DNA of 64,000 nt from Botryllus schlosseri (taxonomy: Eukaryota). The notes under the pieces were generated by a model that made no database searches, was not told the origin of the DNA, and saw nothing but the letters and a program-made list of their open reading frames with translations. Every line of letters begins with the position of its first letter. Position 1 is the stretch's first letter. Below, piece after piece: positions 1 to 12,949 of the stretch. Made by a program: the position numbers and the translations under genes. The stretch covers positions 16,866,001-16,930,000 of the forward strand of contig CM119372.1 in the NCBI GenBank assembly GCA_051294905.1, written 5' to 3'.

Positions 1-327
1 CGAGATTGATAAGGGGACGATGAGTCATAAAGGTTGGAAACTACTGATCTACATCATGATGGAACCAAGAAAGGAGAACAGAAATCCAAATTAAATCAAG
101 TATCATCGCCAAGAATTGTACCGATACTCGAACCATGAAGGCAAAAAGCAATTTGAGTTTGAAATGTTCATGTTAGTACTCAAACTCTTACAAAAGTTTG
201 TGTTCACACGTACAAGAACCACGAGAGCCATCCCTACATGAGCAATTGAGCATACTCCAGTAAGCGAGATAGGAATCTGCCACAACACCACAACGATGCC
301 AGTTTGGCAAGTCCGTGCAAGACATAC

Positions 328-3300
328 CTTTTTCTTCATCTCGATTTGCTTCAAAATTCCAGTCGCACCCCATCGAGCGTAGACCACGCTCTCGTAATCG
401 TAAGACGGAAAGAAACAAACGATGCCGCCCGGGATTACGTTGCACAAGTTGCACAGAGACCGTCCGAGTTCGTCGATCTACGACAAATATATTTTATACA
501 TATTTCTTTCATCGCGACAGCCATTACCTTTATTACTTGAGTGCCTCTTTTCGAGAGTTATAGGCACACTAACGGGTACAGTACAACATAACAAGCATAA
601 TTACGGACCATGAAATTGGTCTTGCACGACAAACATACAAGTATGCAAGGATGGCATTAATTAGGATTTGAGAAAACTGTAGCTAGATCGAATTTGGACT
701 TTTTTCAAGTTGGATTTGGCATATGACATAAATTTATTAGCAATTTACAATTTATACGAGACTTAAGAATAAAATTTCTGTTGTTACCGGACTTACCCAC
801 GACCCGACACTAGGATTTGAACTTCAAACCCGGACCAGGTACTATATTTGAAAACATTGAACCCGCTCGTATCTGGTATATTGTATAAAAGTTTGTTGTT
901 TCCATTCTTCAAATGCTAATTTCCTGGTTTGTAATTTCAGTTGTTATATCATATCTCATAATGTCGGTTTCACTTTTGAATCTGTTTCAATGCCTTTCGT
1001 GTCCCGATAACTCTCAATGAGAGACACCCGAAAAGTTATGATAAATGCATTCTCGCAATGGATGGATGTCGAGATGAAACCAATCTTCCAGTTATGCACC
1101 CATGATCCAGCTTTGAAACAGCCACATATTTATTGAGAAAGCAAACAGACGTTACCCACCAATTTTGTGCTCTTCCTCTGCGCGAACGTGAATTCGAATT
1201 CCGTACCTGCCGGACCCTGCGACAGGGTAACCGGCAACAACTGATCTTTATCGATAACGTGACCGCACGAGAATTGAAATATTCTATCGTCCCGCACCGC
1301 AAGAGGAGTTAGCAACTGGTTGATGAAACTGGAACAGGGTTGCATGGTTCCACCCGCGACGATCACAGCCCTGCAATCCTGAAGTTGCAAACATAATCAA
1401 TTTAAACTCTGTATTTTGCTAACAGGTCTTCGTGTCCAGAATATGCCTTATTCCTCGTGTGACTGCGAGAAAAAACGGACGAGACTGACCAATACGATGC
1501 ATTTACTTACTGCAAGCTGGGAAGTGTTAAGAGCAAATTCAGGATGTAAATTATGAATGTTGTGTGAAAGTAATACTGTAATTTTATAGTCAATTACATG
1601 AAGTTATGTAAGGTTACCAAATTTTGGAAATCTGAAAAGAGGACACTTTTTCAAAATTTTCAGGCATACATAACCGAGTAAAATCCGGAAAAAATGGTAA
1701 AAATTTTGCCCGACTTTGTGGTTGGTTGACTAAGAAAAAGTTGTGGTTGGTTGACTAAGAAAAAGTAGGTCAACTCTCCAGCTCCACTCCCGAAATGCCC
1801 GCTGGAACGTTACTTGAGTAGTGATATCCTGCATCTCAGTCCAGTTTTAGCTTATATTTAACCAAAATTCTCAAAAATGAGGACAAAATCTCAAAAAAGA
1901 GGACATTTGGGCGTCCTCCGGGGACGCTTTCAAAAAAGTCAAAAAAGAGGACTAATCCTCTTAAAAGAGGACGTATGGAAACCCAAAGTATTAGTGATTT
2001 CCGAGACATGTCAAACCACTTGAAGAAGAAACAGAAAATGGAGGCCTGAAAAATATTGAAGTAAGAAGCAGGGTTGTAATGACTTGCCCTGACTAGATTC
2101 ATTCTCTCAAAATACGGAAATGACTTGACTCGAGTCAACCTGTGCATTGAATGATTGATTCGACTTGGACTCGAGCCATTGCGCACGACTCGAACCAAGT
2201 CATATGACTCGAGACACGGACGGCCAAGACCGACATTTCATTGTAATTTCGAAGAATAGTAAATTATAACCACACTGTTGGGATTTCGTCTATTGGTACT
2301 TGTACTTGGAAATGCGACCATAAACTACACCATAAGTGAGTAAAATTAGTATATTATAAATGCGAACTATTCAATATCACCAAACAGAGTTCTAAAAAGT
2401 GGGTCGAACAATACTTCGACTGAAAACTGAGCAGTAGGGCTCTTCAAAAATGACTTTTTTTCTCAAATCGTACTGGCTACTTGATAAAATTGTTAGGTTA
2501 CCTAATTTAAGCCTACACACAAAATTTGGTTCAATTCCAGCCAGTAACCGCTTTGCTATAGGAGAAGAAAGTTTCTAATTATTATATAAAAATAAATAAT
2601 AAAAAATTTGAAAATTTTCTGCTCACCCCATGAAAGTGTTAGGCTGTCTATAGAAACGATCCTCACCAAATTTGGTTCAATTCCAACCAGTGGATGCGGA
2701 GTTATTGCCGTCGAAAACTTTGGATTCGAATAAAATAGTATTTACGGTGAGCACGACTATAATAAATAAACAAAGAATCGGTCACCGTAAATACTATTTT
2801 ATTCAAATCCAAATTTTTCGACGGCAATATCTCCGCTTCCACTGGTTGGAATTGAACCAAATTTGGTGAGCATGGTTTGTATAGACAGCCCAACACTTTC
2901 ATGGGGTGAACAGAAAATTTTCAAATTTTTTATTGTTTATTTTTATATAATAAATATGAACTTTCTTCTCCTATAGCAAAGCGGTTACTAGCTGGAATTG
3001 AACCAAATTTTGTGTGTAGGCTTAAATTAGGTAACCTAACAATTTTATCAAGTAACCAGTACGATTTGAGAAAAAAAGTCATTTTTGAAGAGCCCTACTG
3101 AGCAGTCAACACAATGACTCGGACTCGACCCTCATTTCTGACTTGGACTCGGACTTGACTCGGTGGCGAATCGAAAATGACTCGACTCAAAACTATAAAT
3201 GTGAGATTGACTTGTGACTCGGAGCCTTGTGATTTGGTTACAACCTTGGTAAGAAGTTTGAAAAACCAAAAGCAGATTTGATCGAGGAGTATGGGGTAAC

Positions 3301-6300
3301 AGGCGTCATTAATGACGAGCTCTTCAGAGAATACTGTCAGATATATCAAAATCTGAAGGTGTAACTGCTATGTAACACGCTACAGGAGTCGGTAGACATT
3401 CAATGCTTACGCGGCAACTAGCAGTAAACTCACTTTACCTCGACTATATCTTTAAAATGTTGGGCGGGATTCAGAAGCAAAAACTTGATTGATGCGGCGC
3501 CTCGAAGCTGAGAAGGCGAAACGTCCGACGAATTTTTTACGCTGGTTACCGCAATTCTGCCGTCATCATTGGCGGACGTCAGCGATAATAAAAAGCTTTC
3601 GATGTGCATCAAAGGCGATCTCATTGTCGACTGTGAAGTAACGTCGGCCATTGCCGGAAGCGATTTGATATCTGCTGTGAATAACATTGTTGTGAAAGGC
3701 TTCGATAACAAGCTTGGACAACTTCAAAAAACTTCAACGACACATCAATTTTCACCTGGTATAGCATTTACGCATTTCTTTGCGCGACAGAACTGTACTA
3801 TAGTTCCTATGATTTGAGTACAAGGCTACAATTATAATGCCAATATTGAGTTTGTACACAATGAGCACAAAGACCTGTCATAATGGAAGGCAATGCAACC
3901 TTTATTTTAATTGTTATAGTCATGATATATCTACGATACACAATCCCCAACAAATACATTCACAGAAACAAGGCAATATTAGAAATAATAGCAACCAGTT
4001 AAAATTCATTGGAAATTCTCTGAAAATATCGCCGGGCGGTATTTTTCAGTTAATGTATGCACACCTGTTTCGTTGGCACTTGCCAAGAAGTTGGACACCA
4101 ACGTGTTTTCTTTCTTGGAGTTGACAACACCCGTCTCAGCGTATCTCTCGACGAAGCCATTCAATTTCTTGGAAATAAGACTTCTTTCGCAATAGCGCAG
4201 TACCTAACATCAGAATGAGAAATATTTCAATAGGGCTGACTTCTCAACAGTTCCTACGAATACCTTTCCATTTAACGTTGACAGCAATAATAAATAATAA
4301 ATTGTCTCACACTTTTACCCACAGAGAAGTATAGAGACGAATTTTGTTTTCAGCAATGTACAAATTTCGGGATCATGTTATGAAACACAAGTCTGATGAT
4401 CCTACTCCCAACCAGTGAAGTGCGATGGTCTTCAATCCACTTGGATCACTGTAGGCCGTCTAGTTATTAGATTCCGACGAGTTGCATAAATTCCTACCTT
4501 GAACAAGTTCAAATTATCCAAATTGGTTTTGAAGAGGAAATCATTGATCTTCATCAAACAGGTCTCCGTTACCGTGGTTCCGGGGAGGCGTTCTTTTGAA
4601 CATTGAATTTCTAAGCAACATAAGAGATCAAAACTTCCAGACAGAAACTACAAGATATTTCAAGCGTGAACCATACCAACCTGCAGTCTGCGCGTGTCGT
4701 TTCTCAAGCCCCATCGCCGCTAAAAATTTCCGCAAAATATACAATATCCTTTTGACGTACATCAAATTTTCCGCTTTCAACCTTTTGCTGAACTTGCGAA
4801 CGTACTGCTCCAGCTGGTTGTGTGCTTTTTGAACTTGGGAGAAAGTGACCTAAAAATGGAGCCAGCGATCCAAACTTGAAGCCGGTCAGGAACTGATTTT
4901 TAGTTACCTCCACGCTGTGAATATTAGCGATCGTGTCAACGAGGTTGTGCGCTTCATCGATGATAACGACGGAATCTTTTAATTTTATTCCGGACGCCTT
5001 TCTTGTGGCGCTATGCATCAGAATTTGATAAGGCACTACAATTATTTGCGCGAATGCGGCAGCGCGCCTGTTAAAACGAACGTTAATTCAAATTACATCA
5101 ATTAGAACAGAAAAGTCAAGCCACGTAAGTGCCAGCACCTAATAGAAAGATTAATTATTACAAGTTCGCGTTTACCTGGCTGCGTAATACGGACAAGCTT
5201 TACTTTCTTTTCCATGACCGACCAGTTCTTCGATGTCCTGTATTTTACCGATGATTTGATCGCTAAGATTCTCGATAGCACTCGCGCTTTTGAAGCAACA
5301 TGACGATTGTTTCTTCTTACTAATTTTCTTGCTTTTGACTGCAGCGAAAGCAGATCGTCATATACCAATGATTATTACATGGAAAACAAAGATCACAAGA
5401 TTTTTTCAGTAGCTTAATGGTTGATCATGATTGTGAAGCGAAGGTGGCTGTGATGAAAAATTCCATCATCTATTCAAGCACTATTGCTATCTGGATCATA
5501 GATGAAGATTGATTTTGGTACAGGAAATGTAATTGTGAGATCCAGTGTTTAGATGTTTAGACAGAGGATATAAACATAAAGTAATATTGTCAAACATTTT
5601 ACAGAAATAATTTCAACTGCACATATGAAGAACGCAGAATGTGGTCATCAGGGTTCACTGACACCATGACTGAAACACATTTCAGAAATCCGAGGTAGAC
5701 TTCAATGCTAACGTTGTTTCATAGCTGAACAAAAGTGCTGAATTAAACAATGGATATAAGTGAGCAGCGTGCCTGTCTTTGTCTCTTCATTGCTCTTCTG
5801 CAAATCCAAACATCTATCGTTCATTTGTTGCACGGACGCTAGCCTCCTGACAGATTCGTTGATGCAAAGGCTCTGACGCGAGGCAAGTGCGGCGACGGTC
5901 ACAAAGAATTCTGTGAAATACATCGCGCTCATATCTCGTCACAACTGTTTTTTATTAGCGTTATCCATACCGTCAGCCACGGAGTTATTGAACGATGATT
6001 TTTGGATTTCCTTTATAAATTGAGTCAATTGGGAATGCGTCCGACTGCAGTAATATACCTGCAAAACAAAACAAACCAACTTCGATACAGTAGAAATACA
6101 GCAAAAAGATATCAAACTCCCATTTTAGGAACCGGTACGCAAGTGATAAAACTAAGTAAGATGCGAACACAAAAATAATTATTCGATCGTAAGAGAGCTT
6201 CAAGTGCATAAATTTCCAAGATTCAACACAACATCGAGAGTTCAGATTCATAAATTAGGCGTGGACCAGAGATGAGCAGATTTGATACTATACCTCAAAA

Positions 6301-9300
6301 TCATGTTCTAGATTTCAGATTCAAATCCAAGTCCTTATCCGGCAAAAACTGAGATTTTTATCAAGTTGTTGAATTAAGTTTTTTATTATATTCTTTATTC
6401 ACAGTAGAACTGGTAAATACACACATAATCCGGGAAGCAACCTGCCCCCAAAGGCAAATGGCAAGATTGGAGTAAATTTTTAAAATTTCAGTAATACAGT
6501 CAAATTGTTATTCCTATGCAATACATGAAGAAGTCAGATTACAGTATTGCAGTAGATCAGAGGTCTCAAACACGCGGCCCGCCAGAGCATTTTGTGCGGC
6601 CCGCGACGTCATTTTAGATTTGTATTAATTTGACAATATATAAGTGTCACATATATCTTTTCAGGTTATAAAGTGAAAATTCCCTCTTAAATTGCTCCGA
6701 AAGCCTGAAACGCTACCATGCGGTGGAAGATTCACTATTTCGCCACAGTTCCAATTCATGATGACAAAACCTGACCCTTAGACGATTCGTGACTGAAATT
6801 TGTGAGTTGGACTTGGACGCGACCTTTCTTAGAATTACTCAGATTCGGGCTAACTCGATACAAAATGAAAATGACTCGAGTGGTCTGGGAGTAACTCGGA
6901 ATGCAGTGAATTTGTTATAACCATGGACGTAACGAACTAATCGCGTATCAGGGAAAAAGTAATAGATCAGAACGTCGCAGCTTGGTATTTCGCTAACTAA
7001 GCAAGTAGTTATGGCAACCATTGGCAATCTTGTTAGTTACATCTTTGGTCGCTAAACCATGTTATTAAGGCCACTTAAAGGTACCGAGTACCGTAGTGGT
7101 ACGCTCCAACGATGTAACAACAATGGGCCGTTCGGCGTTCCGACATTTCAATCATTAGGACACATTCATTAACATAGTTATATTTATATTTTTTCTGCTC
7201 CTATATTTGAAGATATTTGGCCATGAGATTAATAGTCTACTTATCAGAAGTATACCCGAATCCTGGATTGGAATTACAATGCCCAACCTAAAAATGTTTT
7301 GATTTCAGATCAATCTCTATTATCAATCTGTTAAATTCAAAATATTCATAGTAGCTGCAAAATTATAACCCGATAGCTTTTATGATGGCATCATACATTT
7401 GTCCGCCCATATGGTGTCTATATCTTATAATTGTTATATATCAAGTACAACAATAATTCTATTCAAATAGTTATAAATGTGATGATTCTTTTCGTGCCAG
7501 GCCTAAATTGATACAAGAGTAAATCACATTTTGACGATGTGTGTTTACTGTCAGTCTGCTTAATCGGCTCACTTTCAATAGGACAATTCATTCACGCCAA
7601 ATAAGGCCTACTTGGAAAGACATAGAATACCCCTATAAATGCTGCGGCCCGCGGCCTCATCAAAACTGGAAAACTGGCCCGCGAGCACATTTGAGTTTGA
7701 GACCTCTGCAGTAGATGAAGAATTGGCAAGGGTTACAGAGCAGAGGTAGAGATGATTGAAAATGAAGAATCGAAATTACAGAAATTATGCTGTGATTCAC
7801 AAGTGTAATTTTAGTCCAGTGGTGCATTCAAGGCCTTCCGAAGAATATGCACAGTGCCCAATAGCGTGATCTTTTGGATCATGTCAAATCGAACGTTACC
7901 CGGAATCTGTTGGATATGTCTCATGAGTTTTTTGCTTACGACCCCTGTAGCCCCAATGACTATCGGTACAATGTTTATTTTGCATCTCCACATTTTCTCG
8001 CATTCCCTTTTGAGGTCTGCATATTTCGGCTGTTTTTCTGATCCTTTTTGCATTATATTGTGATCAGCTGGGACAGCCAGTTCAATGAACAAGCATTCTC
8101 TAGTCTTTTTTAGTTTGATTATCATATCCGGGCGGTTGCTCCTGATTTCGCGGTCAATTGTAACTGGTACATCCCACAGAATTTTTACTTGGTCGTTTTC
8201 TGTCACTGGTGCTGGGTTGTAGTCATACCAATTTTTGTCGAAGTGTTGATGTTAAAATGTTTGCATAATTCAAGATGACTGTAGTGACCAATCCTATTGT
8301 GTCTCCATGTGTATTCGGTAGCTGCAAGTGCACCACAACCGGACATGAGATGTGCTACAGTTTCATTTTAGTTGTGGCACATTCTGCATTTGCCGTCCGT
8401 GTTTTGCTTCAGAATTCTTTTGCGATAGTATTTTGTAGGAAACGATTGGTCTTGTGCTGCGAAAATGAATCCTTCGCTTGCCGGTTTCAGGCCAGAGCTG
8501 GATAGCCAGGTCCATGAAAGCTCGTCTACATGGGGCTGTGAAGTTAACTTCTTGTGCTGTCCATGAAGAGGCATCGACTCCCATATCGTTTCTCTCATTT
8601 TGAGCGTAGCATTTTTGTATTGAACTCGTGCTGCTTTTGCTATTGTTGTGGGTTTGGCAACGGTGTTTTCAGCAGTGTACAGGTTAGCTGTTTCCATGTT
8701 GACTTCTCTGACATACTTGTCGTGACGATAGCTCAGAGATTTTGTTTTGCGCTGTTTGTCTTCCTGTGCAATGAGTTTGCAGTAAATGTTATCGCTGTTG
8801 TTGATGTACTGTGACAAGCCGATGATTTCTGTTTTGAAAGTTTGTTCAATTTCTTGTAGTCCTCGACCACCTTTTTTTCTGGGGATGTACAGTCTTTGTG
8901 TATCAGATTTTGGGTGATGCATGTGGTGCATTGTCATCAGTTTTCTTGTCTTTGTGTCCAATTTTTTAATTTCATCTTTGTGCGCCAGTTCACCACACCA
9001 TTATTATTATTATTACTACTAAGAAGTCACACGAAAACTGTAAATTTTAATAAAATGCCTGCAAAATGTCAATTCCAAACCCGGCTTAGAGTATCGTAAT
9101 TCCAAATTCTATCCAAGTCTGGCCAAAATCTTCAAATCCAGTTTTATCGAATCCAAATCGGGCAGGCAATAACGTAAACACTCAACAATGAGTTACCATA
9201 TAATCCATGGAGGTCCGCATTTAAAACAAGAAAATTTACGGATGTACGTAGGGCGTAGGCCCACACTGCAGCGTAAAAACAGCGCTCAGTGTGCATATAA

Positions 9301-12014
9301 AATCACCGGAGTGACAAAATTACGTTGCGACTTTCCATCGATATTTTTACTAACTCGAATGACTGTATCATCTGCATCTTCTTCGTTGTCGACACATGCA
9401 TGACGAGACGTGGCACTACTTTCATCGTCACTTTCATAATCTGCCAGCAACAAATCGAGGTCCGCTTCATTGTCGCAACACCCTACGTGAGCAACAGAAT
9501 TAAAACAGAATTCAAACACGTAGGACAACATCTTCGGTACTTTCTGTAAGGCTGCATACCAATGTTACCTGATGGATCGTTGTCCCGTCGATCAAGCTCG
9601 CGTTTTGCTTGTTCAAGAAGCAATAATGTTCTGTCTTCCTTCTAAATGCAATGAAAAGGTAAAGACTTTCAGACAACTTTTTCCAGAAGTCGGACTGCCA
9701 GATGCAAATATTTGAAATGCTCATCTTCTTCAAAAATCCACTCATTTTCTTGAATTACATTCATTTTGTTGGCCTTGGACGCTATCACATCTGCTACTAC
9801 AGTGGCGAGCAGAGGCAGTCAAACTAGTCAGCGTTGCTACTGAACTAACAGTAATGTCTCAAGTTTTTACTTTAGTGAAAACTAAGCCTACTTCAAGTGG
9901 AAGTAACAAATCAAATATGATTCTTTGTGACTAATGCAAAACGCCTAATGACACTACACTCTACACAAAGGTACAATATTCAAATATATATTTAGTCACC
10001 TCGATACAGGAGTTGCTTACGCTAAAACTCAGGGTAACGGCTAATACTAAAGATAAAGTATTTCAACTTTTCAAACTCCAAGTTGTAAAAGGTAAGTAAG
10101 TTTTGCCCAAACAATTGCTCCACATAGAAGTGGATGTAGTCCAAAAACATAACCACAAGACCATTGAGTAAGTGATTCAAGTTTTCAAAAGGTACTTGAG
10201 TCCTCGGAAAAGTAAAAGTACTTTGTTACTGACCACTTCTGGTAGCAACACTTGAGAAGAGTATCACTACGAGCTGGAAATTACAAACAATATACTGAAG
10301 ACGACGTAATATCTATGGACAAGAGCAAATATCTACCCGCAAATCAGAATATTTGGCGCGTTTTCTTGACGGCTCAAGAGAATCCACACTCGACTTTTCG
10401 ATGATCTTTTTCAGTTTTTCTTCTCGGCGAGCAATATCTTCAAGAAGTTTTTTCGCTTTTAATTGTTCGTCTTGATTGTCTCGTTTCTGAAAGAACTCTG
10501 ACATCCAATCGGTTTCCGTTTGTTCCGATTTCACTTCCATCTTGAACAGCAAAATTTAATTAATACTTTTTTGCTGGTCTAATTCTATTTAACTATTAGA
10601 CAGCAAGCAAAGACGCATCTGAAATCTTAATTCAAGTCTTCATCACTGCATATATTCCTGCATTGAGTAGTCTACAACTGTGTGAACAATTTTACAATTG
10701 CGTGACAGACATGCCCACTGTTCAAGTCGCCAGAAGTCCTTGATACAATCATGTGGAACTGCAATATAATAAGAGCGACGAAGCAGTAGTCTGCCAACTA
10801 AAAATTATAAATAAATCACGACGTATTCGGAACCTCTGAAATCTATGTGCTATTTCAGATGTCCAACATTAAATGTTGCTGGTCAAATTACAACATGCAT
10901 GCAAGTCTTTTGTGGAGCTCATTGAATTGTATAATATACCGTTATATAAAAGCTAGACTTGCACAGATAGCCTTATCAACTAGACATAAACTAGTATTGA
11001 AGCCTCACTTGGAAAGGTCGGTTGTAACTTAATAAAGTGTAGGTAATATGATTTGTGGTTCTGTTTCTCCCGTACCCTATTATAACAAGCTGTCAGCAAT
11101 TTCAGTCGATAGCTGTGATTCAAAACTAGCCCGCTAATGAAATTTTCCATAAATACCTCGGCAGTGGTTTGCTGCTTCAATCGTTCTTTGCGATTTCTCT
11201 CATAATCTCGTAGCCACGTAAGTGTTCCACAGATAAGACTCATGGACTTCCCCGTACCTGAAATACAGGCTTAGAGTAGTTCTATAGAAATACTCATAAA
11301 TCAGGCAATAATATAAATCAATTACAACAGTTGAACAATTTCCAAATTTTTATCAATCATGTTTCTGAAAATAAAATACTCATAGCAATCAATCATGTTT
11401 CATATTTTATTCCAGCAAGATGACAAATACTCTGTCTGCATACACACTGTAAGGTTCACACCGGCACATTAATCATGGTAGCCTATAGTTAGCTGATCAT
11501 TCTAAAGATTTCAAAGGGGATTCAAAACACTTGAATTTTGCCTCAGTTATGATTAAGATTATGCTTCAATTTGTATCATTAGCAGCTCAAATTCAAGCAG
11601 CGATACAGATGCATCCGTCATGAATGGATCATACGCTATGAAAAACGAAACAACAGTATACTGTACAGGGATATCTAGAAGTTCTAGATATCCCTGATAC
11701 TGTATATTGTAAAACGGTGCCAAATACCGCAACATCGTACCGTAAAATAACAAAACCTGATACCAGACAAATTATATAACGTTGAAGATGTCAGCATCAT
11801 CACTACTGCATATCTGTAAATTGTGAACAGCTGGAACATGCAAACTTACTCGCTTCAGGAAAGTGAGGAATATGGTAGTTTCAAGTTTCATACCTGTGGG
11901 ACTTTCAAATATACCAATCTTTCCATTCTCCAGAGCTTGATAAAGATTTTTCATGAAATCTATTTGTATTTTATATGGAACGAATGGAAAAGGAAACTCC
12001 TCCGGAGACTCCAT
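328..12014 (-). CDS. DDX11: ATP-dependent DNA helicase DDX11/ChlR1 (XPD-family Fe-S helicase), multi-exon, 3' part continues beyond window start
   Basis: Frame-consistent exons: 12014-11894, 11257-11157, 10540-10337, 9641-9569, 9482-9355, 6058-5971, 5910-5773 (donor uncertain, probably GC), 5338-5176, 5067-4908, 4849-4681, 4610-4498, 4203-4065, 3671/3674-3439, 1378-1160, 477-328. Motifs: FPFVPYKIQ (Q motif), ESPTGTGKS (Walker A), YCSRTHSQL, Fe-S cysteines (LCIN, DRCL, SCCF, ACPYY), [32 protein letters not shown]. Confidence 0.95.
1609..1985. mobile_element. Non-autonomous hAT (Blackjack-like) MITE, GGTTACCA...TGGTAACC family
   Basis: Termini AGGTTACC.../...GGAAACCC with repeated AAAAGAGGAC subterminal motifs. 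Clearly homologous to copies at 15496-15756, 49430-49849 and 50903-51341. Confidence 0.75.
2069..3248. mobile_element. hAT-type MITE with GACTC/GACTT-rich subterminal repeats, hosting a nested foldback element
   Basis: TIR CAGGGTTGTAA...TTACAACCTTG; perfect 8-bp TSD GTAAGAAG at 2061-2068 and 3249-3256. A partial inverted copy of its right end is at ~42347-42510. Confidence 0.85.
2435..3097. mobile_element. 663-bp foldback (whole-length palindromic) MITE
   Basis: The left ~315 bp is a near-perfect reverse complement of the right ~315 bp (TAGGGCTCTTC...GAAGAGCCCTA). Perfect TSD CTGAGCAG at 2427-2434 and 3098-3105. Confidence 0.92.
6385..9000 (-). mobile_element. 5'-truncated, decayed non-LTR retrotransposon with restriction-like endonuclease (R4/Dong-like clade)
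   Basis: ORFs 8961-8368 and 8206-7811 give the RT C-terminus ([12 protein letters not shown]), a CCHC knuckle ([17 protein letters not shown], in-frame stop), RHN and the REL motif RPDMII...FIELAVP...K..KY. A frameshift lies near 8240. The putative 3'UTR, interrupted by the MITE at 6558-7708, ends near an AATAAA at ~6394-6399. The 3' boundary is approximate. Confidence 0.85.
6558..7708. mobile_element. hAT Charlie/Buster-type MITE
   Basis: TIR CAGAGGTCTCAAAC, GCGGCCC subterminal motifs, perfect TSD CAGTAGAT at 6550-6557 and 7709-7716. A related short copy is at 12645-12920. Confidence 0.9.
11666..11696. mobile_element. 31-bp perfect palindrome flanked by an 8-bp direct repeat (micro-MITE or TE remnant)
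   Basis: CAGGGATATCTAGAA-G-TTCTAGATATCCCTG, with ATACTGTA at both 11658-11665 and 11697-11704. Confidence 0.75.
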
Positions 12015-12168
12015 GGCCTATAACTAGGTATAGTGAGCACAACGCGTACTATACAACAGCGAAGACAAACACGATTCGCTTCGCTGTCTTACCTTTTCGC
12101 ACAACTCACAATCTGTGGGATACATGGAGTGCTATTTGCAAATATATGGGAATCCCCCTTTGTGAGAC

Positions 12169-12184
12169 TTTGAAATTTCCCGCG
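12169..12184 (-). promoter_or_regulatory. CDE/E2F-CHR cell-cycle element upstream of DDX11
   Basis: Minus strand reads CGCGGG-AAAT-TTCAAA (GC box, 4-nt spacer, TTYRAA) and overlaps an E2F site (TTTCCCGC on +). It lies ~80 bp upstream of a likely 5'UTR donor (AAG|GTAAGA at 12092). Confidence 0.55.
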
Positions 12185-12299
12185 CGACAACTGTCACTCA
12201 GTGGATTTTAGGGATCAGGGGTCAGAGCAATGATATCATTGGTCAGAGTTAGGGTCATTTTATTGAAGTTATCATCAAATCACAATATCAGAAGTTTGT

Positions 12300-12622
12300 G
12301 ACGGATTAAAAATATAAAAGGGTTTCGAAACGACTTGAAGTCGTCTTTTTATAGAACACTACTAGTCAGCCTTCAGGATTACCGGACCGCGACCTAACAT
12401 ATCGATCTCGCCGTCCGCCACATGTCACCTCGTTTTGTCGCTTGTCTTTTATATTATCTGCTTTACTTTCTGATTCAGTATGAATGCCTCTTCTCTACTT
12501 CGCCTAGGCCAAGGTGGGTGTCTGATTTCAAAGACTACTCCAAATCGTTTCGACACCTTCCTATCTTTTCATTGTATCGCAGTTTTGTGGTGTTTTGAAA
12601 CGATGAAAATATTAATAAACTG
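12300..12622 (+). mobile_element. LINE (L2/CR1 group) 3' end, copy 1
   Basis: About 250 bp clearly homologous to the 3'UTR at 16195-16445 (shared CAAGGTGGGTGTCTGATT...CGACACC), preceded by a degenerate ORF end, and ending at AATAAA. Boundaries are approximate. Confidence 0.65.
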
Positions 12623-12949
12623 ATACTACTCACTTGGCCTAGAGCAGGGGTCTCAAACTCAAATTTGCCCGCGAGCAAAACTCCTAGTTTTGATGACGTC
12701 GCGGGCCACAGCATCGCTAATAGGGGTATTCAATGTCTTTCCAAGTAGGCAGGCCTTATTTGACGGTACCTTACAGAATGACATTTACCAACACCATCGT
12801 CAAAATTTGAATTACGCTTGGCACGAAAAAAAATCTTATTTCAAAATCTTTGAATAAAATTATTGTTGTACTTATGCTTTCGCACAACAAAACGTTCTCG
12901 CGGGCCGTATTCAACCCCTGACTTAAAGCACGTAAATATGAGGAGCATA

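Noticed and set aside
2672..2902. Two similar ORFs on opposite strands (VQFQPV...)
   Set aside because: Mirror products of the foldback palindrome; no protein features.
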